From NCBI GenBank assembly GCA_041661625.1, contig JBAZUB010000002.1, positions 28,059 through 92,058 of the forward strand: 64,000 bases of DNA, written 5' to 3'. The notes beneath the pieces were generated by a model. The model searched no databases, was not told the DNA's origin, and was given only the letters and a program-made list of their open reading frames with translations. Shown piece by piece: positions 1 through 8,866 of this stretch. Both the position numbers and the translations under genes were made by a program. Every line of letters begins with the position of its first letter. Positions within the stretch are counted from its first letter, which is position 1. This DNA comes from Patescibacteria group bacterium (GTDB lineage: Bacteria; Patescibacteriota; Patescibacteriia; JAHIZJ01).

Positions 1-720
1 AAAGCAGTACGATGCCGAACATGGATCCGATCATGATCGAGGTTTGCCCAAGGAGCTCCGGTGGTTATCATGCCAGCCTCCGGGGTGATCGTAACCGCTG
101 GGGTGGGGGAACCACCATTGAACAAGCGGTAGTCGGGCTGGTGAGCGTTTTCCCGGAAATGGTTGGTACGGCGCCGGGCCAGGTTACTGCCGTCATGGTC
201 GCGAGACGACCCAGGCTAACACTGAGGAACCCGTTCAACGCAATGGGAGAACCGAAACCGGAAAGCATGTTTCTACCCTGCGAACTTCGATAGTACGAGA
301 CTGGTTCGGGTGTTTTGTCACGCTGGGAGTATGACCAGCACAGGCACGAAGCCAATGGAGGGCGGTATGTCAGTAAGTCTGGTTCTGAAGTCGTACTGTC
401 CGGGGGAGTGTATTCCCTGCACCTGTAGTCTGATGGCTTGGTTGAGGATTCGGGTCCCGGCGCTTACCGGCGTGCCCGATGTCACTATTGCCTGCCAGAG
501 GCGGTCATCGCCCGACGACGGCATAACAGCCGTATTCACAGGCATGGGCACAGCGAACGATCGGCGTCGTATCGCTGACGAACTGAACAGGGAGCTCACC
601 ACCTGTTTTGTTGGGCAGGCAGTGTACATCTGCTTCTGCGAATGAAACAGGCATGTCTACACAGACAAGTTGGCTACGATAGGCTCGCGAGCGGTAACGC
701 CCGGGAGCCCTTTTTTATTC

Positions 721-770
721 TGTCATTGCGACCCCGCTGTTCGCGAACGGCGGGGTTGGCAATCCCCTTA
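721..770. repeat. Palindromic hairpin element (attgcgaccccgc ... gcgggg(t)tggcaat), copy 1; related 'cgcaatgac' motifs recur at 826-860
   Basis: Inverted repeat with ~13-bp stem read directly; near-identical copy at 7706-7750. Confidence 0.5.
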
Positions 771-863
771 TCCGCTGGTACTAACCGGGTGATTGCTTCG
801 TCGCTCGCTTTGCTCGCTCCTCGCAATGACATGAAGGGAAAAGGGGCTCGCAATGACGAATCA

Positions 864-1817
864 TTAAAGTTTATCAACGATACTTATAACCTCGTTGGCT
901 GATTTGACGTTCATTAATTTCACTCGTAATGCTTTCGCCTCGGGCCACCCGGACACGTATGCCTTGTAGTGTTTTTTCATAATGTCAAAATGTTTATTCT
1001 CGCCAAACATTTTTTCGAATAGGCGGGTATGCTCCAACAAAGCCTTTAGCTTCTCTTTGGGCGTAATAGATTCCGGTGGCCGCTCGGCATCAAAAAACCA
1101 CGGATTACCAAACGCTCCCCGTCCCACCATAATCCCATCGGCGCCGGTTTGTTTAGCTAACTCTTGGCCTTGTGCCAGGCTGGCCACGTCGCCGTTGCCA
1201 ATGATTAAAGTTTTTGATTTAATTGCGTCACGTAATTCGATGGCGCGCTTGATTCGATCCCAATGCGCCGGACCTTTGGACATTTCTTTTCTAGTGCGCG
1301 CGTGGATTGTAATCGCGGCCAAATCGACATCGAGTAATACCGGCAGCCATTCATCCAAAATGTCATTCGAATAACCCAGGCGTGTTTTTACCGACACGGG
1401 CAGGGTACCGGCGCCGCGAATTGTTTCGGCGATAATACGTTGGGCCAGCTTAGGGTCTTTCATTAGTTTGGCGCCGGCGTTTTGTCTTTCTACGGCGCGA
1501 TCGGGACAACCCATGTTGATATCGATACCATCGAATTTCCACTCTTGAGCCATTTGGGCGCAGCGATAAAAATTGTCCGGCTTAGAACCAAAAAGCTGCA
1601 GCACCAACGGCCGTTCGTTCTCGGTATATTTAAGATCAACCTTCAATCGTTCGAGCCCCTCGGAGCACAACCCATCGCAGGAAATAAACTCGGTGAAAAA
1701 AACGTCCGGCGGCCCATACTTCGCGAACATCCGGCGAAAGGCCGAGTCGGTCACATTGGCCATTGGCGCCAGGATGAAGAACGGTTTACGCAGTTTTCTC
1801 CAAAAGCCTGATTTCAT
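864..1817 (-). CDS. dus: tRNA-dihydrouridine synthase (Dus family, TIM-barrel flavoenzyme)
   Basis: 317-aa ORF; motifs FILAPMANVTD...GADGIMVGRGAFGNPWFF typical of DusA/B/C family. Confidence 0.8.
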   Translation of the reverse strand: MKSGFWRKLRKPFFILAPMANVTDSAFRRMFAKYGPPDVFFTEFISCDGLCSEGLERLKVDLKYTENERPLVLQLFGSKPDNFYRCAQMAQEWKFDGIDINMGCPDRAVERQNAGAKLMKDPKLAQRIIAETIRGAGTLPVSVKTRLGYSNDILDEWLPVLLDVDLAAITIHARTRKEMSKGPAHWDRIKRAIELRDAIKSKTLIIGNGDVASLAQGQELAKQTGADGIMVGRGAFGNPWFFDAERPPESITPKEKLKALLEHTRLFEKMFGENKHFDIMKKHYKAYVSGWPEAKALRVKLMNVKSANEVISIVDKL

Positions 1818-1919
1818 GTGTTTTTTAACCTATGTTGTTTCATTGGTAAATTGACTCTAACATGATTTTCTGATACAACCAAGGCAGGTTATCATGGGAA
1901 TCACAAAAGGAGGCCGCGG

Positions 1920-2375
1920 ATGTCAGTTCGACGGTTGTCGCGTTCATTAGAGGAGGGCCACACCTATTCGGGGGCGGCATTTGCCGAGCAACTTGAGGTG
2001 TTTATCGACAGACTACAGGATAGCGCTGTATTTCAAAAAGCGGTACTCCGCGAGGCGCATGAGGCGTTGCTTCACGTGCGTGACGCCATTATTGGCCGAC
2101 CTCCGGTTGATGCGGCCAAAAGCGCAGCCTACTATGCGATGTTTGCCAGGATGTATCGCCGGGTCGTGAGTTCTGGCCATTCGCGAGAGCAGATGAACTA
2201 CTGGTTCTTACTGGCCGAGGGGTTCGTGGAAAGACTGTCCCGAGCCGCCCGGTACTCATTCTCTGGTTTAGATGTTGAACTACTCGGAAATCTCGCCAAA
2301 ATGTTCCGGCTCATTGCCGAAGAGGGCGAACACCGAGCATACAGCAGGGGCATGTCTGACGACGATGACGAATAG
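1920..2375 (+). CDS. hypothetical protein (151 aa)
   Basis: ORF preceded by aaaggagg RBS-like motif; acidic C-terminus; no recognisable domain. Confidence 0.4.
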   Translation: MSVRRLSRSLEEGHTYSGAAFAEQLEVFIDRLQDSAVFQKAVLREAHEALLHVRDAIIGRPPVDAAKSAAYYAMFARMYRRVVSSGHSREQMNYWFLLAEGFVERLSRAARYSFSGLDVELLGNLAKMFRLIAEEGEHRAYSRGMSDDDDE

Positions 2376-2490
2376 TTCCCATCTCGTTTCGTTGGACGCT
2401 CACCACCACCTTGATCAAGGGGTGGTTTTCTTATAGCCAAGTTGCCCCATCGAAGGCGGGCAAACGTTTGCCCGCCTACGTTTGGTGTGA

Positions 2491-2856
2491 TTATTCAAAG
2501 TTAATACCCTTGATAGTATACAGCGGCAATACGGCGCATTTTACCCGCGAGGGTGAAAGATCGACGGCCAGTTTTTTTAGTAATACGGCGGTCTTCATGG
2601 CTTGAGCCTGTTTTAAGGTCTTGCCTTTTATCATATTGGAGAGAATTGATGACGCGGCTTGGGAGATGGCACAGCCCGAGCCTTCCCAACGGACATCGGT
2701 AATTATATTCTTGGAATTTAATTTTACGTAAAACCTGACTTCATCGCCGCAGGAAACATTTTGCCCGGGAAATATTTTCGTAGGATGAGTCAACTTACCC
2801 TTGTTACTGGGCGTAGTGGCGTGACGATAAACTAGCGTGTTGTAAAGGTCGGCCAT
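2491..2856 (-). CDS. sufU: SufU/IscU-like Fe-S cluster assembly sulfur acceptor/scaffold
   Basis: 121 aa; motifs NVSCGDEV...GSGCAISQAASS characteristic of NifU-N/SufU; 3'-terminal gene of suf operon. Confidence 0.7.
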   Translation of the reverse strand: MADLYNTLVYRHATTPSNKGKLTHPTKIFPGQNVSCGDEVRFYVKLNSKNIITDVRWEGSGCAISQAASSILSNMIKGKTLKQAQAMKTAVLLKKLAVDLSPSRVKCAVLPLYTIKGINFE

Positions 2857-4064
2857 TGTTTGATGATCTCGGTTAATGCGGACGCCAGCGCGTCAACTTC
2901 GATTTTAGAATTATAAACCGACAGACCGATCCGGGCGGTAGCCGGCACGTTTAGTTTTTGATGCAACGGTTGGGCGCAATGATGCCCGGCGCGCACGCAA
3001 AAGCCGCGCTCATCCAGCCAGCTGGCCAGGTCGTGGGCATGCAGTCCGGTAATGGTAAATGCAATCACGCCTCCGCGCTCGCTAGGTGATGGTCCGTAGA
3101 TCTTCAAGCCCGGTATTTGTGAAAGTTTTTTGTAAGCATATGCGGTTAGGTCTTTCTCGTGCCGGATTAACGCCGGCCAGCCGAGTTTCTGAAGATAAGC
3201 TACGGCGGCTCCCAGGCCAGCTACCTGAGCCAGGGGCGGCGTACCGGCTTCCAGCAGGCCCGGCATGGGCTTGAAATCACTATGCTGCCAATCAACCCGG
3301 CTGATCATATCTCCGCCGGTCTGGTAGGGTTGTAATTCATCCCAGTGCTCGGGTGCGACATAGGCGACGCCGATACCGGTGGGGCCGTACATTTTGTGTC
3401 CTGAGAAGACCAAGAAGTCCGGCTTAAGTTTTTTGATATCAATTGGTAAATGGGCGATACTTTGGGCGGCGTCGACGACCACGACCACGCCAATTTTTTG
3501 CGCCGCACGAATAATATTTTCAATTGGGTTAATCGTACCAAGTACATTTGATACATGAGTCAACGAAAGCAGTTTTACGCCGGCCAGTGTTTTTGTTAGA
3601 TTGGTTAAAACCAATTTACCAGCCGCATCGATCGGCCAGTAGCGCAGAATTAGACTTTTTTCCTTGGCTAGTTGTTGCCACGGCACGATATTGGCGTGGT
3701 GTTCCATCTCGGTCACTAGAATCACGTCACCGCGCTTGAGATTTGGCCTTGCCCAAGCCTGGGTGATCAGGTTAATTCCTTCGGTGGTGCCTTTTGTGAA
3801 AACTATCGATCGTGCATCGGACGCGTTTAGAAATTCGGCTACCTGGCTACGCACGCGCTCATAGGCCACGGTCGCTTCTTCGGCCAGGGCGTAGACGCCC
3901 CTGTGAATGTTGGCGTTGGTGGTTTCGTACCAGTTGGTTTCGGCGTCGATAACCGATCGCGGTCTTTGGCTGGTGGCTACGGAATCAAAGTAAATAAACG
4001 GCCGGTGGCGCGCCGCCATGGATTTAAATATTGGGAAATCCTGTTTGATGTTTTTTGGTATCAT
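2832..4064 (-). CDS. sufS: cysteine desulfurase SufS (class V aminotransferase)
   Basis: 410 aa; HHANIVPWQ, SGHKMYGPTGIGVAY (PLP-lysine region), C-terminal RAGHHCAQP active-site Cys loop. Confidence 0.9.
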   Translation of the reverse strand: MIPKNIKQDFPIFKSMAARHRPFIYFDSVATSQRPRSVIDAETNWYETTNANIHRGVYALAEEATVAYERVRSQVAEFLNASDARSIVFTKGTTEGINLITQAWARPNLKRGDVILVTEMEHHANIVPWQQLAKEKSLILRYWPIDAAGKLVLTNLTKTLAGVKLLSLTHVSNVLGTINPIENIIRAAQKIGVVVVVDAAQSIAHLPIDIKKLKPDFLVFSGHKMYGPTGIGVAYVAPEHWDELQPYQTGGDMISRVDWQHSDFKPMPGLLEAGTPPLAQVAGLGAAVAYLQKLGWPALIRHEKDLTAYAYKKLSQIPGLKIYGPSPSERGGVIAFTITGLHAHDLASWLDERGFCVRAGHHCAQPLHQKLNVPATARIGLSVYNSKIEVDALASALTEIIKQWPTFTTR

Positions 4065-5012
4065 TTAGGTGGCTAGATAACGGTCGAATAATCGTTTAAT
4101 GTTTTCATTGGGAGCGTGCCGGACAACCTGATGGACAAACGCTTTGATCAGAAGCCGGTCGGCTTGTGGGCTCGACAATCCGCGAGTGGTCAGGTAAAAG
4201 CGTTCCAACTCTGATAGGCGTCCGACGGTAGCCCCATGATAGGCTTTTACGTCATGATTGAGGATTTCAAGATTGGGTACGGTTTTGATGCGGCTCTGCT
4301 CTGATAATAATAGCGCATTCTGAAATAAAACTGAATTCGTGCCCCGTCCTTTCGGTCCAATTCGCACTTTTCCATCAACTGATGTGTCCGAATGATCACG
4401 CCCCAAGCCAGCCCAGTGAATAGCGCCGCGGCCTCGTTGTTTTTGGTGGTCATTAGTCAAACACATTGAAACATTGGCAGTTTGTCGGGCATCAATAATT
4501 GTGTTTATCTCACCGGTAGCGTTCCATCCGATATGCCGGATGGTTTGGTTGATCACGTGCCGATGATTTAACCGTCCGTACCAATTTAGCGATGCTCGGC
4601 CGTGCGTATCTACCAACGTCAAAGTATTTAAATCAAACGATTGATTGTTTATGCTCTCACCAAAGTAATCAGCTTGAGCTCCTTTTTGACAAAGAATAAC
4701 CGTGGAGCTTCCGGCCGGTACTTTGCCGGAATATATAAGATGCTCAATAATCGTTAAGTGGGCTCGTGGGCTCGCGATAAAATACAACGTCGGCCAGCTG
4801 GCTAATAATTTGTTAGTGAATTCAATGGTTAGCTTAGTGTTGCAGGGTACGATCGTGGCAAAACGGTTAGGCTGGCTTAAACCCGACGTCTTGTCCAAAA
4901 TAGCGCGCAACGTGGCGGGTAATTTGGCGTATGGTAAAATTGGCGCTTTAAAAGCGCTTTGAATGGCATTGATAGACAGTTTTGTGGGATGGTGAGACTT
5001 GGTTAGGGTCAT
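4065..5012 (-). CDS. sufD: Fe-S cluster assembly protein SufD
   Basis: 315 aa; SufBD-fold C-terminal motif [21 protein letters not shown]; placed between sufB and sufS. Confidence 0.7.
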   Translation of the reverse strand: MTLTKSHHPTKLSINAIQSAFKAPILPYAKLPATLRAILDKTSGLSQPNRFATIVPCNTKLTIEFTNKLLASWPTLYFIASPRAHLTIIEHLIYSGKVPAGSSTVILCQKGAQADYFGESINNQSFDLNTLTLVDTHGRASLNWYGRLNHRHVINQTIRHIGWNATGEINTIIDARQTANVSMCLTNDHQKQRGRGAIHWAGLGRDHSDTSVDGKVRIGPKGRGTNSVLFQNALLLSEQSRIKTVPNLEILNHDVKAYHGATVGRLSELERFYLTTRGLSSPQADRLLIKAFVHQVVRHAPNENIKRLFDRYLAT

Positions 5013-6403
5013 CCGATTGAGTCCTTCATTTCCATGGCGATCAGGCGGTTAAGCTCGATGGCATATTCCAGCGGCAGTTCTTTGGCAAAGACTTCCATGA
5101 ATCCCACCACCACCATACGCTCGGCCGCGGCGCGGGAAAGGCCGCGCGATTGCAGGTAGTAAAGCTGTTCATCGCTAATTTTTGATACCGACGCTTCGTG
5201 TTCAACTATCGTCCGGTCGTTTTCAATATCCATCGTTGGATAGGTGTCCGATCGCGAAAGTTCGTCAACCAGAAGGGCGTCACAGCGCACATTCACCCGG
5301 CAGTTGGCGGCCCAGGGTACAACTCTTACCAGCCCGCGGTAAGAAGCGCGGCCGCCGTCCTTGGATATGGATTTGGAAACAATTTTCGATGATGTGTCGG
5401 ATGCCAGATGCCAGACCTTGGCGCCGGTATCCTGGTGCTGACCCTTACCGGCGAACGCTACCGACAGCACGTCGGCACGGGCACCGCGGCCCTTGAGCAA
5501 TACGGCCGGATACTTCATGGTCACCTTTGACCCCAGATTACCATCGACCCACTCGACCAGCGCGTTTTCATGTGCTACCGCTCGCTTAGTCACCAGATTA
5601 TAAACATTCGAGGACCAGTTTTGAATGGTGGTGTAACGGATTTTTGCCCGGGGCAGGGCGATTATTTCCACCACGGCGGCGTGCAAAGAGTCTTTGGAAT
5701 AGGTCGGGGCGGTACAGCCCTCGATGTAGTGAACCGAGGCATCTTCGTCAACAATAATTAATGTGCGCTCAAACTGGCCCATCGATGGCGCGTTGATGCG
5801 GAAATAGGCCTGGAGCGGCAGATCGACTTTCACGCCCTTGGGCACATAGATGAACGACCCGCCCGACCAAACCGCCGTATTGAGCGCGGCAAATTCATTA
5901 TCGCGGGTGGGAATCACCGAACCAAAATATTTCTGCACCAATTCCGGGTGCTTCAACGGCGCTTCCGACATATCGCAGAAGACTACGCCCAGTTTAGTCC
6001 ATTGCTCTTTAAGATTATGATAAATCACCTCCGATTCGTATTGCGCGCCGACACCGGCCAGGAACTTACGCTCGGCTTTGGGAATGCCCAGCTTTTCAAA
6101 AGTATTTTTTATATAAGCCGGTACGTCTTTCCAGGTGGTGGTAGGTTGGTTGGATGGTTTCCAGTAATAGGTAATGTCATCGAAATCAATATCAGATAAA
6201 TCGGCTCCCCAAGTCGGCATTGGTTTCGAAGCGAATACCTTCAGCGCTTCCAGCCGCTTGGCTAGCAGCCAGGCCGGTTCTTTCTTATGGGCCGAGATCG
6301 ATTTAACCACACTCGCGTTGAGCCCCTTGGGAGTGCGAAAAGAGTATTTCAGCGGGTCGTGAAAGGTTGACTGTGAAGTATTAAAATTAATCGCTCGACT
6401 CAT
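5009..6403 (-). CDS. sufB: Fe-S cluster assembly protein SufB
   Basis: 464 aa; strongly SufB-like throughout (e.g. [48 protein letters not shown] read in reverse orientation of ORF translation); overlaps sufD by 4 nt. Confidence 0.9.
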   Translation of the reverse strand: MSRAINFNTSQSTFHDPLKYSFRTPKGLNASVVKSISAHKKEPAWLLAKRLEALKVFASKPMPTWGADLSDIDFDDITYYWKPSNQPTTTWKDVPAYIKNTFEKLGIPKAERKFLAGVGAQYESEVIYHNLKEQWTKLGVVFCDMSEAPLKHPELVQKYFGSVIPTRDNEFAALNTAVWSGGSFIYVPKGVKVDLPLQAYFRINAPSMGQFERTLIIVDEDASVHYIEGCTAPTYSKDSLHAAVVEIIALPRAKIRYTTIQNWSSNVYNLVTKRAVAHENALVEWVDGNLGSKVTMKYPAVLLKGRGARADVLSVAFAGKGQHQDTGAKVWHLASDTSSKIVSKSISKDGGRASYRGLVRVVPWAANCRVNVRCDALLVDELSRSDTYPTMDIENDRTIVEHEASVSKISDEQLYYLQSRGLSRAAAERMVVVGFMEVFAKELPLEYAIELNRLIAMEMKDSIG

Positions 6404-6406
6404 TGG

Positions 6407-7162
6407 TTATTTCTTTTCCAACAACCAGGCATAGCCTTGGCGGTCTAGTTTATGAAGCAAGCCTTGCGCCCCCGAAACCGCAATCGCACCATCGGACATA
6501 ACATGAACCGCGTCCGGTTTTAAGGCATGCAGAAGTTTTTGATAATGGGTAATTACCAGAACTACTCGCTGGGGAGCCTTAAGCTTTTTTACGGTCTGGG
6601 CGACCAGCTTGAGGGCGTCAATATCCAGTCCCGAATCGGTTTCGTCCAGTATAATCAGTTTGGGTTGAAGCATGAGCAGCTGAACCAATTCGGCCTTCTT
6701 TTTTTCACCACCCGAGAAGCCCTCATTGATTGAACGCTCCAGAAACTTCGGTGCTAACTTTAATTCACGCAATGCGTTACGCAGTCGCTGGTCAAATTTT
6801 TTCGAGCTAGCCTTTTCCCCGGTGACAGCCTGATACGCCGTCCAGAGAAATTCGCGGTAACCCACGCCCGAAATTTCGATTGGGTATTGGAACGCCAAAA
6901 ACACACCTAGCCGGGCACGTTCGGAAGCGGAAAGCTTCAAAATATTTACGCCTTGCCACATGACCCGCCCACTTTTCACCTGATAACCCGGGTGACCCAT
7001 CAGGATGTTAGCCAGCGTTGACTTGCCCGAACCATTCGGACCCATCAAAGCGGTAATGGTGCCCGGTTTGGCGAGCAGATTCAAATCATGAAGAATAATC
7101 TTGCCTTTGGGGCCGGCGGTCAGCCGATCGATATGCAATGTGAACTTTGATATTTTGGACAT
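6407..7162 (-). CDS. sufC: Fe-S cluster assembly ATPase SufC
   Basis: 251 aa; Walker A LMGPNGSGKSTL, ABC signature FSGGEKKK, Walker B ILDETDSGLD. Confidence 0.9.
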   Translation of the reverse strand: MSKISKFTLHIDRLTAGPKGKIILHDLNLLAKPGTITALMGPNGSGKSTLANILMGHPGYQVKSGRVMWQGVNILKLSASERARLGVFLAFQYPIEISGVGYREFLWTAYQAVTGEKASSKKFDQRLRNALRELKLAPKFLERSINEGFSGGEKKKAELVQLLMLQPKLIILDETDSGLDIDALKLVAQTVKKLKAPQRVVLVITHYQKLLHALKPDAVHVMSDGAIAVSGAQGLLHKLDRQGYAWLLEKK

Positions 7163-7163
7163 G

Positions 7164-7583
7164 TTAGGTTAATAATTTAGCTAATGAAATACCGGCCATA
7201 GTTTGATCCAACGCGGTTTGAACCTTGGACCAGGCTTTTTTAGACGGACAATGGTTTGATAACGCGCAAGCTCGGCCTTGATTATGGGTGGCACAGTCGA
7301 TCAGTTGAAGGCGTCCCTCTATCAGTGAAACTATGGCTTTCAACGAAACTAATTTTGGATTCTTAACCATAACATAACCGCCATTGCGACCGCGGCGGCT
7401 TTTTATCCAACCGGCTTTTTTGAATGGTAGAATCAATTGCTCAAGATACTTGAGTGAGATGTTTTCGTGACGGCTGATTTCAGACAGTGTTACCGATTGT
7501 TGGGTGGAGTATGATTTGGCCAGCCAGAGCGCCAGGCGCAGGGCGTAGTGCTCTTTGGCCGAAATGGCACCGAAATATGGCAT
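7164..7583 (-). CDS. Rrf2-family transcriptional regulator (IscR/SufR-like), first gene of suf operon
   Basis: 139 aa; N-terminal HTH SAKEHYALRLALWLAK, C-terminal Cys cluster CALSNHCPSKKAW; 1 nt upstream of sufC. Confidence 0.75.
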   Translation of the reverse strand: MPYFGAISAKEHYALRLALWLAKSYSTQQSVTLSEISRHENISLKYLEQLILPFKKAGWIKSRRGRNGGYVMVKNPKLVSLKAIVSLIEGRLQLIDCATHNQGRACALSNHCPSKKAWSKVQTALDQTMAGISLAKLLT

Positions 7584-7588
7584 CGATT

Positions 7589-7641
7589 TATAATCCTAGT
7601 AAGATAGTAGGATTATACGATAATAAGATTGTTGCGTCAAT
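7589..7641 (-). promoter_or_regulatory. Candidate sigma70 promoter (-35 TTGACG, -10 TATAAT) overlapped by inverted repeat tataatcct-N11-aggattata (putative Rrf2 operator)
   Basis: Hexamers and 9-bp perfect inverted repeat read directly 6-58 nt upstream of rrf2 start codon. Confidence 0.45.
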
Positions 7642-7705
7642 AGTCATCCCCCCTTTTATTTAAAGGGCGCCAGATGGTTTGTGATAACCGTTTCTATCAT
7701 ATCTC

Positions 7706-7750
7706 GTTATTGCGACCCCGCTGTTCACGAACGGCGGGGTCGCAATGACG
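7706..7750. repeat. Palindromic hairpin element, copy 2 (cgttattgcgaccccgc tgttcacgaac gcggggtcgcaatgacg)
   Basis: ~17-bp stem hairpin nearly identical to copy at 721-770. Confidence 0.5.
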
Positions 7751-7892
7751 GGTACTATAATGTGTGGGCGATTAAGAGCATAAAACAAGTTTTCTCAATG
7801 GGTGGTTTACGGAAGAAAAATCAACTATAGCAATTATTGTACGACTTCAAACATTAGCATTATAATAACGGCACATTATTAAATATCATTAT

Positions 7893-8480
7893 ATGAAGCA
7901 CATCGCCAATTTCTTCTATGAACTAGGTATGCTGAAACGTCAATTACACGTGGGGCCCACGTTGGCTGGTGCGCTGCCGGTGGAATTAGACAGCTTAAGC
8001 GATCACACGGCGCGCGCGGCATTGATTGGGTATATATTGGCCGATCTGGAAGGAGTCAATCCGGAAAAGGTAGCGTGTATGCTCTTAGTGCATGATGTCC
8101 CGGAAGTTAGGATTGGTGATCAGCACAAAGTGGCGGCTGGATATCTCAATACCGACGCGGCCGAACAGGCGGCGTTCGAAGAACAGTTGGAGTTATTGCC
8201 TGATGCGGTCGCGGCCAGCTGGAAAAAGTATCAAGCGGAATTTAACCAACGCGATACCAAAGAAGGAACAGTGGCCAAAGATGCCGATTGGCTGGAGACG
8301 GCCATTACCGCTCGTGAATTGGTCGGGCGCGGTTATTCGGCTATGCAAAACTGGATAGACAATGTGCGCTCCGCGCTGGAAACAGCTAGCGCTAAAAAGA
8401 TCCTCGAGGAAATAGAAAAAACAGAACCGACCGACTGGTGGAAAGATCTCAAGAAGATGACGTATACAAAACTGGGATAA
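7893..8480 (+). CDS. HD-domain phosphohydrolase, YfbR-like 5'-deoxynucleotidase
   Basis: 195 aa; HD motif LLVHDVPEVRIGD and downstream AKDADWLETA resemble YfbR family. Confidence 0.7.
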   Translation: MKHIANFFYELGMLKRQLHVGPTLAGALPVELDSLSDHTARAALIGYILADLEGVNPEKVACMLLVHDVPEVRIGDQHKVAAGYLNTDAAEQAAFEEQLELLPDAVAASWKKYQAEFNQRDTKEGTVAKDADWLETAITARELVGRGYSAMQNWIDNVRSALETASAKKILEEIEKTEPTDWWKDLKKMTYTKLG

Positions 8481-8524
8481 TAGTATCCCTCTGCATATTC
8501 AAATGGCTTAATGAGGCGCCGTGC

Positions 8525-8553
8525 TTGACACGGTCGTTTAAGTTTAGTATACT
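8525..8553 (+). promoter_or_regulatory. Near-consensus sigma70 promoter (TTGACA-17 nt-TATACT)
   Basis: Hexamers read directly; 29 nt upstream of sORF at 8582. Confidence 0.5.
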
Positions 8554-8581
8554 CATTAATACAATATTTCTTAGGAAATCC

Positions 8582-8731
8582 ATGAACAACTGCCAACTAT
8601 TTCATTCTCTGTGGACGACCCCTGTGCGTGATGCGCGGATTGGGTCGATTCTGGTTGCACTTGATATGCAGCCGGAGTCCCGGACGGCAGAATTGAGCAT
8701 GGAAGAGTCGTTGGCGAATACACTTTTGTAA
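8582..8731 (+). CDS. small ORF (49 aa) between promoter and terminator, upstream of ABC exporter; possible leader or exported peptide
   Basis: ATG..TAA ORF MNNCQLFHSLWTTPVRDARIGSILVALDMQPESRTAELSMEESLANTLL; flanked by promoter 8525 and terminator 8760; coding status uncertain. Confidence 0.3.
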   Translation: MNNCQLFHSLWTTPVRDARIGSILVALDMQPESRTAELSMEESLANTLL

Positions 8732-8759
8732 CAATAGACACACTTCTCCTATGTTGAGT

Positions 8760-8788
8760 TCTGCCGAGATCCGGCAGAGCTTTTTTGG
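8760..8788 (+). terminator. Rho-independent terminator (tctgccg agatc cggcaga + TTTTTT)
   Basis: 7-bp stem followed by U-tract, 79 nt upstream of ABC exporter start. Confidence 0.5.
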
Positions 8789-8866
8789 TTCGCGGCCAGG
8801 TTTGAGTCAATGAGGAATTGACCGTACACCGACCGCAGGGTTCATTGAAAACATAGGAGGAACACC

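Noticed and set aside
12-645. Four overlapping ORFs (12-293+, 68-355-, 310-645+, 318-629-) at the window start
   Set aside because: They overlap each other on opposite strands in GC-rich sequence, carry no recognisable motifs and have no RBS or start context. They are treated as non-coding or unknown.
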